Notes under the pieces: model-generated
What the model saw: the letters and a program-made list of their open reading frames with translations, nothing else
Told to the model about the DNA's origin: nothing
Database searches by the model: none
In this document: piece by piece, positions 34,948-45,152 of the stretch
Layout of the letters: every line of letters begins with the position of its first letter
Numbering within the stretch: position 1 is the stretch's first letter
Translations under genes and position numbers: made by a program
NCBI GenBank assembly: GCA_002432795.1
Contig: DJGU01000092.1
Location: forward strand, 203 to 51,243
Direction: 5' to 3'
DNA length: 51,041 nucleotides
DNA from: Anaerolineaceae bacterium UBA5838
GTDB lineage: Bacteria; Chloroflexota; Anaerolineae; Anaerolineales; Anaerolineaceae

Positions 34948-37086
34948 ATGGCAGGAAAAACAGGCACAGAAAATTCAGGCAAGAAAGCCACCCACGGAAT
35001 GCTCAAAGTCCTCATTCTGGTCATTTCGTGTCTTTTAGCCTTTGCTTGCCTTGTCTTGCCTGATATCCTGAGTGACCAAAGCGAATCCGTCCGCATCGGA
35101 CAAGTTGCCCCACAAGAAATAACTGCTCCTTATTCCATCACTTTTGAGTCCAAAGTCTTTACCGATCAGGCCCGCAATGAAGCCGCGGCGGCAGTTGAGC
35201 CAATTTTTCTCCCGGCAGATCCCAGCATTGCCAAAGCGCAGCTTGAAACACTCAACAACGCCCTCTATTTCTTCACTTCGGTTCGAAACGACAAGTTTTC
35301 AACCCAGCAGCAAAAACTCAATGATATGCGTTCAGCTGAAAAGCTTACTCTGAAGGATGAAGCTTACCAAGCCATTTTAGACCTCACGGACGAAGACTGG
35401 CAAGCCATCACCACAGAAGCGAATCGAGTACTCGAGTTGGTTTTGCGGGACAGTATACGCAATGACCAGATCGGTCGAACGCGCAGCAATTTACCAGCCG
35501 TCATTGATTTCGGATTCAAAAGCGATCAAACCCAGTTAATTACACTGATCGTCTCGCCGCTGATTGTCCCTACCAGCTTGTTTAGTGAAGAACAGACTCA
35601 GCAAGCCAGGGAAGCAGCCAGGAATAACGTGGAACCAATCACCAGGCAAATTATGGCAGGTGAAGTATTGGTTCGAAGGGGTCAAATTATTGATGATGCG
35701 GACCTGGAATCGCTGAACGTCTTCGGTTTGGGTGAGCCGAAAAACCGAAGGAATCTGCTCATCACCAGCGGTATTTTGGTTGCCGTCTGTGGTTTGATCT
35801 GCGCGACATACTACAATCGCCGGCGAAAATTCGAAGCCCTGATGGAAATCAGGACGATTGTCATGCTGGCGGTTTTCTTCCTGATATTCCTCGCGCTGGC
35901 TCGTTTCCTGGTGTTGGACCGCACTGTCATTCCCTGGCTCTATCCTGTAGCTGCCTTTGGACTGACAGTCGCGATTGTATTGCGGGTCGAAACCGGCATG
36001 TTAATGAGTATGTTACTGGCAATTCTGATTGTTTTCGGTCACCCACGCGACATGGAGCTGGCCCTCTTTTATATCCTTCCAACCTTTGCCGGCATCTTCG
36101 TGATCGGGCGTGCAAGGAGGATCAGCTCGTTTATTGGCACTGGTGCCGTAGTGAGCCTGGTTGGCATAGCTATGGTCCTCATTTTCCGGATTGGCGACTC
36201 TTTCACGGATTGGATGGGCTTAGCCTCGCTGATTGCTTCTGCATTGCTTAATGGTCTCGCCGCTGGTACGCTGACAATTCTGTTCGAATACATTTTTTCC
36301 TTTGTTCTTGATATTCCCACCGCCCTGCAGTTGATGGACATTTCCAGACCCGATCACCCATTGATGCAGCATGTGCTCCAGACCATGCCCGGCTCCTACC
36401 AACATAGCCTCCAAGTCTCCAACCTGGCAGAACAAGCCGCCGAAGCCATCGGGGCTGACAGGCTGCTGGTCAGAGTTGGCGCTCTTTATCATGACGTTGG
36501 TAAATCCGTAAACCCCGGTTTCTTTGTTGAGAATCAAGTCCGCGACAGCGTTAACCCCCACGACGATATCTCCCCGGAAGTAGCCGCTGCAACCATCATC
36601 AAGCATGTCACCGATGGGGTCGCCATTGCAAAACGCTATCGTTTGCCTTCCAGGGTGATCGACTTCATCCGCGAACACCACGGCACAATGATTACCCGCT
36701 ACCAGTACGGAAAGGCTCGCTCATCAGCTCAAAATCCCGACGAAGTCGATCCGGAAATGTTCAGATATCCAGGGCCTGCTCCCCGCTCGAAAGAAACAGC
36801 TATCCTGATGCTTGCTGATGGCACTGAAGCCAGGTCCCGTGCTGAAAACGCCCGAACCGATGAAGAGATCCTTGAGGCCATCAACGCGGTTATCAACTCC
36901 TGCAAAGATGCCGGTCAATTTGACAATACCGACCTGACCCTAAAAGACCTGAGCACCATTCGGGATTCATTCTTCAAGACACTTCAACGGTCCTACCATC
37001 CTCGTATTCAATACCCTGATTCCAAACGCGGAAAGACTGAACCGGTCAATGTCACAATTCAACCAATGACAGCTTCAGAAGAATAA
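34948..37086 (+). CDS. 7TM-HD membrane phosphohydrolase (PgpH/YqfF-like)
   Basis: Extracellular N-domain, about 7 TM helices, and an HD domain with HSLQVSNLA...VGALYHDVGK. Confidence 0.85.
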   Translation: MAGKTGTENSGKKATHGMLKVLILVISCLLAFACLVLPDILSDQSESVRIGQVAPQEITAPYSITFESKVFTDQARNEAAAAVEPIFLPADPSIAKAQLETLNNALYFFTSVRNDKFSTQQQKLNDMRSAEKLTLKDEAYQAILDLTDEDWQAITTEANRVLELVLRDSIRNDQIGRTRSNLPAVIDFGFKSDQTQLITLIVSPLIVPTSLFSEEQTQQAREAARNNVEPITRQIMAGEVLVRRGQIIDDADLESLNVFGLGEPKNRRNLLITSGILVAVCGLICATYYNRRRKFEALMEIRTIVMLAVFFLIFLALARFLVLDRTVIPWLYPVAAFGLTVAIVLRVETGMLMSMLLAILIVFGHPRDMELALFYILPTFAGIFVIGRARRISSFIGTGAVVSLVGIAMVLIFRIGDSFTDWMGLASLIASALLNGLAAGTLTILFEYIFSFVLDIPTALQLMDISRPDHPLMQHVLQTMPGSYQHSLQVSNLAEQAAEAIGADRLLVRVGALYHDVGKSVNPGFFVENQVRDSVNPHDDISPEVAAATIIKHVTDGVAIAKRYRLPSRVIDFIREHHGTMITRYQYGKARSSAQNPDEVDPEMFRYPGPAPRSKETAILMLADGTEARSRAENARTDEEILEAINAVINSCKDAGQFDNTDLTLKDLSTIRDSFFKTLQRSYHPRIQYPDSKRGKTEPVNVTIQPMTASEE

Positions 37087-37087
37087 T

Positions 37088-37552
37088 ATGCTCACGATAA
37101 AATCACGCCGTACGATCCAGAAAGAACTGGACGTAAAACGATTACAAAGAGCCAGCGCAACCGTCTTCAGCTTGCTTGAATTTGAAACCCAACCGGAGAT
37201 CACACTCCAGATTACAGACGATCAAACAATTCAGAAATTCAACCTTCAATATCGTGACATTGACGAAGTTACGGATGTACTTTCATTCGAAAACGCCTTT
37301 ACTGATCCGGAGAGCGGTGAAACTTATCTGGGAGATATTCTTATTTCCTATGAGACAGCAAAGAGTCAGGCCGACACCCGCGGACTGCAATTAATGGATG
37401 AGCTTGAAATGCTGCTCGTTCACGGCATTTTGCATCTGGCCGGCATGGATCATGGCTCAACCCCCCAGTGGCAGGAAATGTCCACTCTGCAGGATAAGAT
37501 CCTCGCGGAACTCAGCAACCCCATCCAAAAAAGTATTCACAAACCAGAATAA
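37088..37552 (+). CDS. ybeY: rRNA maturation endoribonuclease YbeY
   Basis: HGILHLAGMDH zinc motif. 154 aa. Conserved position after the PgpH-like gene. Confidence 0.9.
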   Translation: MLTIKSRRTIQKELDVKRLQRASATVFSLLEFETQPEITLQITDDQTIQKFNLQYRDIDEVTDVLSFENAFTDPESGETYLGDILISYETAKSQADTRGLQLMDELEMLLVHGILHLAGMDHGSTPQWQEMSTLQDKILAELSNPIQKSIHKPE

Positions 37553-37734
37553 TTTCTGCACCCTTTCTAATGCCACAGGAAGAACTGTACGTTAAGCTTC
37601 CTGGAGTCGAATCTAACCCGCTTCTCAGACTGAAAGCTATAATTCTGGTACAATCCAACCAGGCGATCGCACTATTCTCTTGACCTGTGCGATTCTATTG
37701 AATATGCCAAAAAAAGGAGATTGTAGGAGTAAAT

Positions 37735-38661
37735 ATGCACAAAGATTTCTTGGATATTATCGATTACACCCCCGAAGAGCTGCTTGCCCTGCTTGATTTA
37801 GCCAGGAGGCTAAAGGAAGAGTATCAGGCAGGCGGCAATCAGCCAACCCTGAAGGGTAAAGTGTTGGCACTAATTTTCCAAAAGCCTTCACTGCGAACCC
37901 GTGTCAGCTTCGATATGGGTATGCGCCACCTCGGAGGAGACGCACTGTATCTCTCACCAAATGAGATTGGACTGGGCAAGCGCGAGTCCATTGCCGACAT
38001 CGCCCGGGTGCTCTCGGGCATGGTACACGGCATCATGGCGCGCGTCTTTGAGCACCAACACGTGCTCGAGCTCGCAAAATGGTCCTCCATCCCGGTCATC
38101 AACGGTCTCAGTGACTACAGTCATCCCTGCCAGGCGATGGCAGACATCATGACCGTCTATGAAGAATTTGGCAAAATCAAAGATGTCAACATCACTTATG
38201 TCGGCGATGGAAACAATGTGGCTGTTTCCCTGATGCAGATATCCGCCAAATTGGGCGCAAATTTTACAATTGCCAATCCAATAGATTATGACATGCCGGC
38301 AGAAGCGATCGAGACTGTCAAACCAATCGCGGCTGTCAGCGGCAGCAAATTATCTTTTCTTAACGATCCTCACGAAGCCGTCAAGGGTGCTCACGTGATC
38401 TATACCGACACCTGGACAAGCATGGGGCAAGAAGAGGAAACTGCTAAACGTGAATTGGTCTTTCCCCCATATCAGGTCAATGACCAATTGGTAGCTGAAG
38501 CCGATCCTGAAGTGATTGTCATGCACTGCCTGCCCGCTCACCGAAACCAGGAAATTACAGACGAAGTCGCCGACGGACCTCACTCACGCCTCTTCCCCCA
38601 GGCACACAATCGTCTGCACGCACAGAAAGCCATTCTGCAAACACTATTAGGAGAGAAATAA
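37735..38661 (+). CDS. argF: Ornithine carbamoyltransferase
   Basis: FQKPSLRTRVSF, HPCQAMAD, HCLPAHR. AAGGAG Shine-Dalgarno upstream. Confidence 0.9.
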   Translation: MHKDFLDIIDYTPEELLALLDLARRLKEEYQAGGNQPTLKGKVLALIFQKPSLRTRVSFDMGMRHLGGDALYLSPNEIGLGKRESIADIARVLSGMVHGIMARVFEHQHVLELAKWSSIPVINGLSDYSHPCQAMADIMTVYEEFGKIKDVNITYVGDGNNVAVSLMQISAKLGANFTIANPIDYDMPAEAIETVKPIAAVSGSKLSFLNDPHEAVKGAHVIYTDTWTSMGQEEETAKRELVFPPYQVNDQLVAEADPEVIVMHCLPAHRNQEITDEVADGPHSRLFPQAHNRLHAQKAILQTLLGEK

Positions 38662-39861
38662 ATGAACACGAAAGACTACATTGAAATCGAAGACCAATAC
38701 GGCGCACATAATTACAAACCGCTGAGTGTTGTGCTTTCTGAGGGCAAAGGCGTTTGGGTTTGGGATGTTGAGGGCAAAAAATACCTTGACTGTCTCAGTG
38801 CATATTCCGCTCTCAATCAGGGGCACTGCCATCCGCACATCGTCAAGGCCATGGTTGACCAGGCACAAAAAATTGCTCTGACCTCACGCGCCTTCCGCAA
38901 CGACAGACTTGGCCAGTTATACAAAAAACTGGTTGATCTCACCGGTTATGAGCGCGTGTTGCCCATGAACAGCGGCGCGGAAGCAGTTGAAACAGCTATC
39001 AAGGTTGCGCGCAAGTGGGCTTATGTGGTCAAGGGAGTTCCCAAGTATGAAGCCGAAATTATTGTTGCTGCTGGTAATTTCCATGGTCGCACCGTAACAA
39101 TCGTCTCTTTCTCTACTGAACAATTTTATAAGGAGGCCTTCGGACCTTTCACACCTGGTTTTAAAGTTGTCACGTACGGCAACATTGAAGAAATGAAAGC
39201 CGCCATCACACCTAATACGGCAGCTGTCATGCTGGAGCCAATTCAAGGCGAAAATGGCGTGGTTTTACCTCCAGATGGCTATCTCAAAGCAGTCTCAGAC
39301 TTGTGCAAAGAAAACAACGTTTTATTCATTGCTGATGAAATTCAAACAGGTCTTTGCCGAACTGGCAAGTGGTTTGCGTCTCAGCACGAAGACCTGCGTC
39401 CGGATGTAATCGTCATCGGCAAGGCTCTTTCTGGCGGTATGTATCCCGTTTCGGCAGTCCTGGCTGATGACGCGGTTTTGGGGTTATTCCAACCTGGCGA
39501 GCATGGTTCCACTTTTGGCGGCAGCCCACTCGCCGCGGCAGTAGCTGTGGCAGCCCTTGAAGTTCTGGATGAAGAACACCTGGCAGATCGCGCGACCGAG
39601 CTTGGCAATTACTTCATGTCAAAACTGCGCCAAATCAATTCACCCGTCGTTAAGGAAGTTCGCGGACGCGGCTTGCTGATCGGCGTTGAACTCTATCCTG
39701 AAGCTGGCGGAGCCCGCCGCTACTGCGAAATGCTGCAGGAAGCCGGCATCCTCGCGAAAGAAACACACGACAACGTGATCCGTTTTGCCCCACCGCTCGT
39801 CATCGAGAAAGAAACTCTCGACTGGGCACTCGAAATCATCGCGGATGTCTTGAAAAGATAA
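38662..39861 (+). CDS. rocD: Ornithine--oxo-acid aminotransferase (class III PLP aminotransferase)
   Basis: YGAHNYKPL..VWDVEGKKYLDCLSAYSALNQGHCHP, DEIQTGLCRTG, GKALSGG (PLP lysine). Confidence 0.8.
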   Translation: MNTKDYIEIEDQYGAHNYKPLSVVLSEGKGVWVWDVEGKKYLDCLSAYSALNQGHCHPHIVKAMVDQAQKIALTSRAFRNDRLGQLYKKLVDLTGYERVLPMNSGAEAVETAIKVARKWAYVVKGVPKYEAEIIVAAGNFHGRTVTIVSFSTEQFYKEAFGPFTPGFKVVTYGNIEEMKAAITPNTAAVMLEPIQGENGVVLPPDGYLKAVSDLCKENNVLFIADEIQTGLCRTGKWFASQHEDLRPDVIVIGKALSGGMYPVSAVLADDAVLGLFQPGEHGSTFGGSPLAAAVAVAALEVLDEEHLADRATELGNYFMSKLRQINSPVVKEVRGRGLLIGVELYPEAGGARRYCEMLQEAGILAKETHDNVIRFAPPLVIEKETLDWALEIIADVLKR

Positions 39862-39872
39862 GGAAATTTACT

Positions 39873-41315
39873 ATGTACCGGTTTGCCAAGATAGTTGCCA
39901 CATTAGGTCCCAGCAGCTCTACTGAAGCCGTGCTAGTAGAGATGGTAAAAGCAGGCATGGATGTCTGCCGTTTGAATTTTTCACACGGGTCCCACGAAGA
40001 CCACGGCGAGAAAATCAAGTTGATTCGGAAAATCTCAAAAGATCTTGGCAAACCTGTTTCAATCCTCATGGACCTCCAGGGTCCCAAACTACGAATCGGC
40101 GTCTTACCGGATGGGGTTATTAAGCTCCGGTCCGGACAAGAAGTCGCATTATCTTCCCGCGAAGACCCACAAAATCTACCCGAGGGCGTGGTTTTCATTC
40201 CCTTTGACGTTCCTAAATTGCATGAAGCCCTTGTTCCCGGCAACCATATCCTCCTGGATGACGGTCAGCTCGAGTTTGAAGTGCTGCGCCTGGATGGTGA
40301 AACCATTTATGCAAGGGTCATCCTTGGCGGCAACCTGAAATCCCACAAGGGCGTCAACCTTCCCGGCTCCAATCTCGACATTCCCGTTCTTACTGCCAAG
40401 GATCTCGAAGATCTTAAGTTTGGGCTCGAGGCAGGGGTTGACCTCGTGGCGATTTCCTTCGTCAAAAAAGCATCAGATATCGAAATGGTGCAAGATACTA
40501 TGCGCAATATAGTGGGTAATCGACGCTTACCCCCCATTGTTGCCAAATTAGAGCGCCCTGAAGCGATCACCAACCTGGAGGAGATCATCAAAGTAACCGA
40601 TGGTGTGATGGTCGCCCGCGGCGATCTGGGCGTGGAGATCTCGCCTGCCCTGGTACCATCGGTTCAAAAAGAAATTATCAAAAAAGCAAACAACCTGGGT
40701 AAATTTGTGATCACTGCCACCCAAATGCTTGAATCGATGATCAACAATCCCCGCCCCACCCGTGCTGAAGCAGCCGATGTGGCCAATGCAATTTTTGATG
40801 GCACCGACGCCGTCATGCTTTCCGCCGAATCTGCTGCCGGTAAATATCCGGTCCAAAGCATCCGCATGATGGCAAACATCATTTTGGAGTCTGAAAGCCA
40901 TGCGGCTGATTGGGGACACCACAACATTCTGCAAGCCGACATCTCGAATGATGATGCTATCGTCATTTCTCATGCCGCGCGCGATATGACTCAGGATACA
41001 GATGTGGATGCGATTGTGGTCTTTACACGTTCCGGGACTTCGGCTCTCTGGATCAGCAAGACCAAACCAAACGTACCAATTTTTGCCTTCACACCGGAAC
41101 TCAGCACCTACCAGTGGCTGGGAATCTGTTGGGGCGTCACACCCTTCCGCGTTCCACACGCCGACACCCTGGAAACTATGGTCACTCATGTCGAGACGGC
41201 ACTGACCGCTGCAACCGCCCTGAAAGGTGGTGACCAGGTTGTTGTTATCTCCGGCTTCCCCGTAGGAGCATTCACCAGCCCAAACCTTGCGATGCTTTAT
41301 ACCCTCAAAGGCTGA
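39873..41315 (+). CDS. pyk: Pyruvate kinase
   Basis: KIVATLGPSS, MDLQGPKLR, MVARGDLGVEI. Confidence 0.9.
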   Translation: MYRFAKIVATLGPSSSTEAVLVEMVKAGMDVCRLNFSHGSHEDHGEKIKLIRKISKDLGKPVSILMDLQGPKLRIGVLPDGVIKLRSGQEVALSSREDPQNLPEGVVFIPFDVPKLHEALVPGNHILLDDGQLEFEVLRLDGETIYARVILGGNLKSHKGVNLPGSNLDIPVLTAKDLEDLKFGLEAGVDLVAISFVKKASDIEMVQDTMRNIVGNRRLPPIVAKLERPEAITNLEEIIKVTDGVMVARGDLGVEISPALVPSVQKEIIKKANNLGKFVITATQMLESMINNPRPTRAEAADVANAIFDGTDAVMLSAESAAGKYPVQSIRMMANIILESESHAADWGHHNILQADISNDDAIVISHAARDMTQDTDVDAIVVFTRSGTSALWISKTKPNVPIFAFTPELSTYQWLGICWGVTPFRVPHADTLETMVTHVETALTAATALKGGDQVVVISGFPVGAFTSPNLAMLYTLKG

Positions 41316-41357
41316 TGCAATCTATCAGGAACAATCTCCAAGGCTTTTGTCATTCAC

Positions 41358-41389
41358 AAAAAAACCGGTCTGAAAAGACCGGTTTTTTT
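41358..41389. terminator. Bidirectional rho-independent terminator between pyk and korB
   Basis: AAAAAAA-CCGGTCT-GAAA-AGACCGG-TTTTTTT: a 7-bp stem with a GNRA loop, flanked by an A-tract and a T-tract. Confidence 0.8.
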
Positions 41390-41399
41390 CTAATTTTTG

Positions 41400-42431
41400 C
41401 TAATAGAGCGTGGCATTTATTGCCTCAAGCGACTCGCGGCTTGGGCGTAAGCGGTCTTTTGTGAGGCGATTGAGCGACTCCTCGGGAAGATCGTACTTCT
41501 CCTGGATGGTTGGGGGAACTCCTGAAAAATAGATCAAACCTGTCGCAAAATAATGATACTTATAGGACTCCGTCAGGAGATCCAAGGCAGCATGAAGATC
41601 AGTGGGATCATAATCCTTGTCGATCTTCTTTAACACCAAATAAGATCCATCCTGGAGCTGGATCTCACGATAAGAGCCTTCTTCAAAATTCTCAAGCTGA
41701 ATCTCTTCACGACTCTGAAAGTGCGCTATATCCTGGATAGGCGCTTCATGTTCTCGACCCCAGGAGTAAGATTGCAGGGCTTCGTCACGGTTGTTAAATG
41801 TGACACATGGGCTGATGACGTCGATCACAGCCACACCATTCTGAGACAAAGCAGCTTTGATCAACTGCTTCATCTGCTTCACATCCCCTGAGAAGGTGCG
41901 AGCCACAAAAGGCGCTCCACTGATCAGCGCCTCCATACACAGGTCAAGCGGAGGAAGAATATTGACACCCTGGTGCTTGAGCCTGAGACCCTGGTCGGAA
42001 GTGGCAGAAAATTGCCCCTTGGTGAGACCGTAACATCCATTGTTTTCGATGATGTAAACCATTGGCACATTGCGTCGGATGACATGTTTGAAGTGCCCCA
42101 TGCCAATACTGGCCGTGTCGCCATCGCCGGAGATGCCCAGAATTTTGATTGAAGGATCTCCAAAACAAGCCCCCGTCGCCAGGGTTGGCATTCGACCATG
42201 TATACCATTGAAGCCAAATGAGCGGTCGAGGAAATAATTTGCGCTCTTGCTTGAGCAGCCGATGCCGCTTATCTTCATTACTTTTTCAGGAGCAATGCCC
42301 AGCTCCCAGACAGCAGCCTGAATCTGATTTGAAATAGCATTATGACCGCAGCCTGGGCATAGGGTCGAGGGCTTTCCCTTATAGTCAGCCAGTGAGAGAC
42401 CGATCCGATTTAACTCAACGTGTTTTTCCAC
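41400..42431 (-). CDS. korB: 2-oxoacid:ferredoxin oxidoreductase, beta (TPP-binding) subunit
   Basis: CPGCGH near the N-terminus and a GISGDGD TPP motif. Overlaps the alpha subunit gene by 17 nt. Confidence 0.85.
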   Translation of the reverse strand: MEKHVELNRIGLSLADYKGKPSTLCPGCGHNAISNQIQAAVWELGIAPEKVMKISGIGCSSKSANYFLDRSFGFNGIHGRMPTLATGACFGDPSIKILGISGDGDTASIGMGHFKHVIRRNVPMVYIIENNGCYGLTKGQFSATSDQGLRLKHQGVNILPPLDLCMEALISGAPFVARTFSGDVKQMKQLIKAALSQNGVAVIDVISPCVTFNNRDEALQSYSWGREHEAPIQDIAHFQSREEIQLENFEEGSYREIQLQDGSYLVLKKIDKDYDPTDLHAALDLLTESYKYHYFATGLIYFSGVPPTIQEKYDLPEESLNRLTKDRLRPSRESLEAINATLY

Positions 42432-44256
42432 CTTTTTTCTCCTTTGCTAAGATGCTTTCAGCTGTCCATGCCGCAGTCAAAGGAAGACCGCCAATTACTG
42501 AGATTGAGGTCAATTTTTCTGAGTATTCCGAAACCTCGAGGGAGAGGATCTGCTCCAATTGCCCGTCGCGATTGAGTTCCACAACATAATTCCGCGCATG
42601 GCTGGCAATAAACTCCCGCACCGCGGAATTGGCGGGCAGTGCCCGCACACGCATATAATCCGCGTTAACTCCCTTTTCCGCCAGAATGTCCTGAGCCTCA
42701 ATCATGGCATCGTGAGTAGAGCCCATTCCGATAATTCCGATATCAGCTTCAACCTTGGACCTGCGAATGACCGGTTCAGGCAAGTCCTTAACCACACCTT
42801 CCAGCTTTCGTCCGATTCGACCTAACATATCTGACCAGTTTTTTGGATCTTCGCTGTAATTTCCATACTCATCATGCCCTGTCCCGCGGGCAAAGTAAGC
42901 CGCCTTGGGGCTCAGATTGCCAATTACGGTGCGATAAGGAATCCCGTCTCCATCAAGATCCCTATACCGTCCCCAATCCTTGAATTCCTCCAGCTTTTCT
43001 TCCCAAATAATCTTGCCCCGTTCTATGGGCTGATTGGGATATTCAAACCGCTTGGTGACCCAGGTATTCATTCCGAGGTCAAGATCGGACAGCACAAATA
43101 TCGGGGTTTGATACTTTTCTGCGATATCAAGCGAACGCCAACCAAACTCAAAACATTCCGTGACAGTACCTGGAATGAGAATAACATGCTGGGTGTCTCC
43201 GTGTCCAAGCGTATAAATCATGGAGAGGTCGCCCTGGGCTGTCCGGGTAGGCAAACCGGTGCTCGGTCCCACCCGCTGCACATTCCAGATGACCATGGGT
43301 GTTTCGGTAAAATATGCCAAACCGATATTTTCTGTCATCAGGCTTAACCCAGGTCCGGAAGTAGCGGTCATCGCCCGCAATCCAGCCCAACCAGCCCCCA
43401 ATGTGGCACCAGCAGCAGCAAGTTCGTCCTCAACCTGCAAAATCACACAAGTGTTCTTTCCAGTTAGTGGATCTTTCCGCAATTTGTCCACCTGCTCTAT
43501 CGCTGATTCAACCAGGCTTGTTGCCGGGGTAATTGGATACCAGCCGCAAAACTGCACCCCGCCATAAAGAGCACCTAACGCGCCAGCGTTATTACCATCT
43601 GTAAGAATGTAGTCACTTAATTCTGGCAACTGTTCCAGGTAGAAGTGATCTTTCTTTTCAATATTCTCAAGCGCATATTGGAAGCCAAGTTTCACGATAT
43701 TAAAATTTGATTCAGCAACAGTTGGTTTGCTTTGGAACTGATGCTCAATGCTGGCCTTCAAAATTTCTTCGGGAATCCGCAGCACCTGACCCACAATGCC
43801 GACGTAAAGCATATTCTCCATGTAAGTCTGAAGATTTCGAGGCACGTCCACCTGCTTCATCAAGGTCTTGATGGGCATAGGATAGACGATCACATCTTTA
43901 TCCTTTATTTCGGGTTTTTCCAGGTGGTCAGCATAGAACAGCACCCCTCCATCCTGGAGGTAAGTTACGTCCTTATGGATGGTGGCTGAGTTCATCGCCA
44001 CTACCACATCGTCGTGCGCTACACGTCCGGTATAACCGCGGGCTGAAGCCCGGATCACAAACCAAGTGGATAACCCCTTGATATTGGACGGGAAAATGTT
44101 CTTACCGGAGGTCAGGATCCCCATACGAAACAGCGAACGGTAAAGGATGCTGTTCGCTGTAGCACTGCCGGATCCATTGACCGTGCAGATAGCCACACAG
44201 ACTTCGTTGACAATCCACTCGTCACCCTGCAGCAATTTTTGCGTGGAATCTAGCAT
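42415..44256 (-). CDS. korA: 2-oxoacid:ferredoxin oxidoreductase, alpha subunit
   Basis: 613 aa. GWYPITPATSLVE and the order of the fused gamma/alpha-type domains. Confidence 0.85.
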   Translation of the reverse strand: MLDSTQKLLQGDEWIVNEVCVAICTVNGSGSATANSILYRSLFRMGILTSGKNIFPSNIKGLSTWFVIRASARGYTGRVAHDDVVVAMNSATIHKDVTYLQDGGVLFYADHLEKPEIKDKDVIVYPMPIKTLMKQVDVPRNLQTYMENMLYVGIVGQVLRIPEEILKASIEHQFQSKPTVAESNFNIVKLGFQYALENIEKKDHFYLEQLPELSDYILTDGNNAGALGALYGGVQFCGWYPITPATSLVESAIEQVDKLRKDPLTGKNTCVILQVEDELAAAGATLGAGWAGLRAMTATSGPGLSLMTENIGLAYFTETPMVIWNVQRVGPSTGLPTRTAQGDLSMIYTLGHGDTQHVILIPGTVTECFEFGWRSLDIAEKYQTPIFVLSDLDLGMNTWVTKRFEYPNQPIERGKIIWEEKLEEFKDWGRYRDLDGDGIPYRTVIGNLSPKAAYFARGTGHDEYGNYSEDPKNWSDMLGRIGRKLEGVVKDLPEPVIRRSKVEADIGIIGMGSTHDAMIEAQDILAEKGVNADYMRVRALPANSAVREFIASHARNYVVELNRDGQLEQILSLEVSEYSEKLTSISVIGGLPLTAAWTAESILAKEKKGGKTR

Positions 44257-44273
44257 TACGATTATCTCTCCTT

Positions 44274-44954
44274 TTACTCAAATCTTTGTCGAAGATCTGC
44301 TTTCTTGAAAGTTTTTATCAAATCAAAATGAGTCACCAAGGCTTCATATCCTTTTTCATAAGCTTTGCTTGCGATTGCATCCAGCATCTGGCGGTGATAA
44401 CTCCAGACACTTTCCAGGTATTCATGGTTGCGGTAATATTGGATTCGAGATGCCTCATAGAGATCCCAGTAGGTTTCAAGGACACTATTGAGCACACGAT
44501 TGTTTAACGGGCGATAAATCGCCAGGTGAAAATTTCGATGTTCTGCGGTGGGTATCACCACCGGACTTTGGTTAATTTTCCAGTTAGCCCGTTCTTCCAG
44601 TGTCTGGAGCTCCTCAATCTGGGATTTGCCCAGGAGAGCACAGGCTTCATACCAGTAAGCAATCTCGAGTTGCCGGCGCACAGATGCATATTCCTGGAAA
44701 AGCCCGGGGTCGACTCGCAAACCATAGGTCATTGAAAGTGTGAGGGGACGGGTAAGGCAAAATTCATGTTTTTGGATACCTGTTCGTGTGCGCACCTCGA
44801 CAAAACCCAACTCTTTTGGGACTTCAAGCTGCTCGCGAACACTGGCAGTGGAGATGCCAAGTTGAGAACTTAACTCGGATATGTTTGGAATAGGCTCATC
44901 CTGACGGGTAGCGTCTGCAATAAACTTCAAAACAGGACTGAGCTCGTTGATCAT
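44274..44954 (-). CDS. GntR-family (FadR/FCD subfamily) transcriptional regulator
   Basis: N-terminal winged HTH (ISELSSQLGISTASVREQLEV) and a helical FCD-like C-domain. Lies 17 nt upstream of korA. Confidence 0.8.
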   Translation of the reverse strand: MINELSPVLKFIADATRQDEPIPNISELSSQLGISTASVREQLEVPKELGFVEVRTRTGIQKHEFCLTRPLTLSMTYGLRVDPGLFQEYASVRRQLEIAYWYEACALLGKSQIEELQTLEERANWKINQSPVVIPTAEHRNFHLAIYRPLNNRVLNSVLETYWDLYEASRIQYYRNHEYLESVWSYHRQMLDAIASKAYEKGYEALVTHFDLIKTFKKADLRQRFE

Positions 44955-45152
44955 ATTTATCTGATTAATAATATTAATTAATCAATATCATTCTAACCGC
45001 CTCAATCAGATCGGTCAAGGCACAAATACCCAATTTTGCAACCTTTCCACGAACGCGCTCTTTTTAAAATCAGAAAAATGGTCAAAATCCCTCTTAAATT
45101 ACAGGCATCGGGTAGAATAACGATTTGGTAACATTAGGTTATCTGGTTAATT

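Noticed and set aside
31783-41189. Long antisense or alternative-frame ORFs inside well-supported genes, for example 31783-32301, 33396-33779, 34061-34645, 36220-36681, 39836-40243 and 40548-41189.
   Set aside because: Each lies wholly within a gene that has strong family motifs on the other strand or frame. Their compositions (Arg/Ser/Gly-rich, no motifs) are typical of shadow ORFs.
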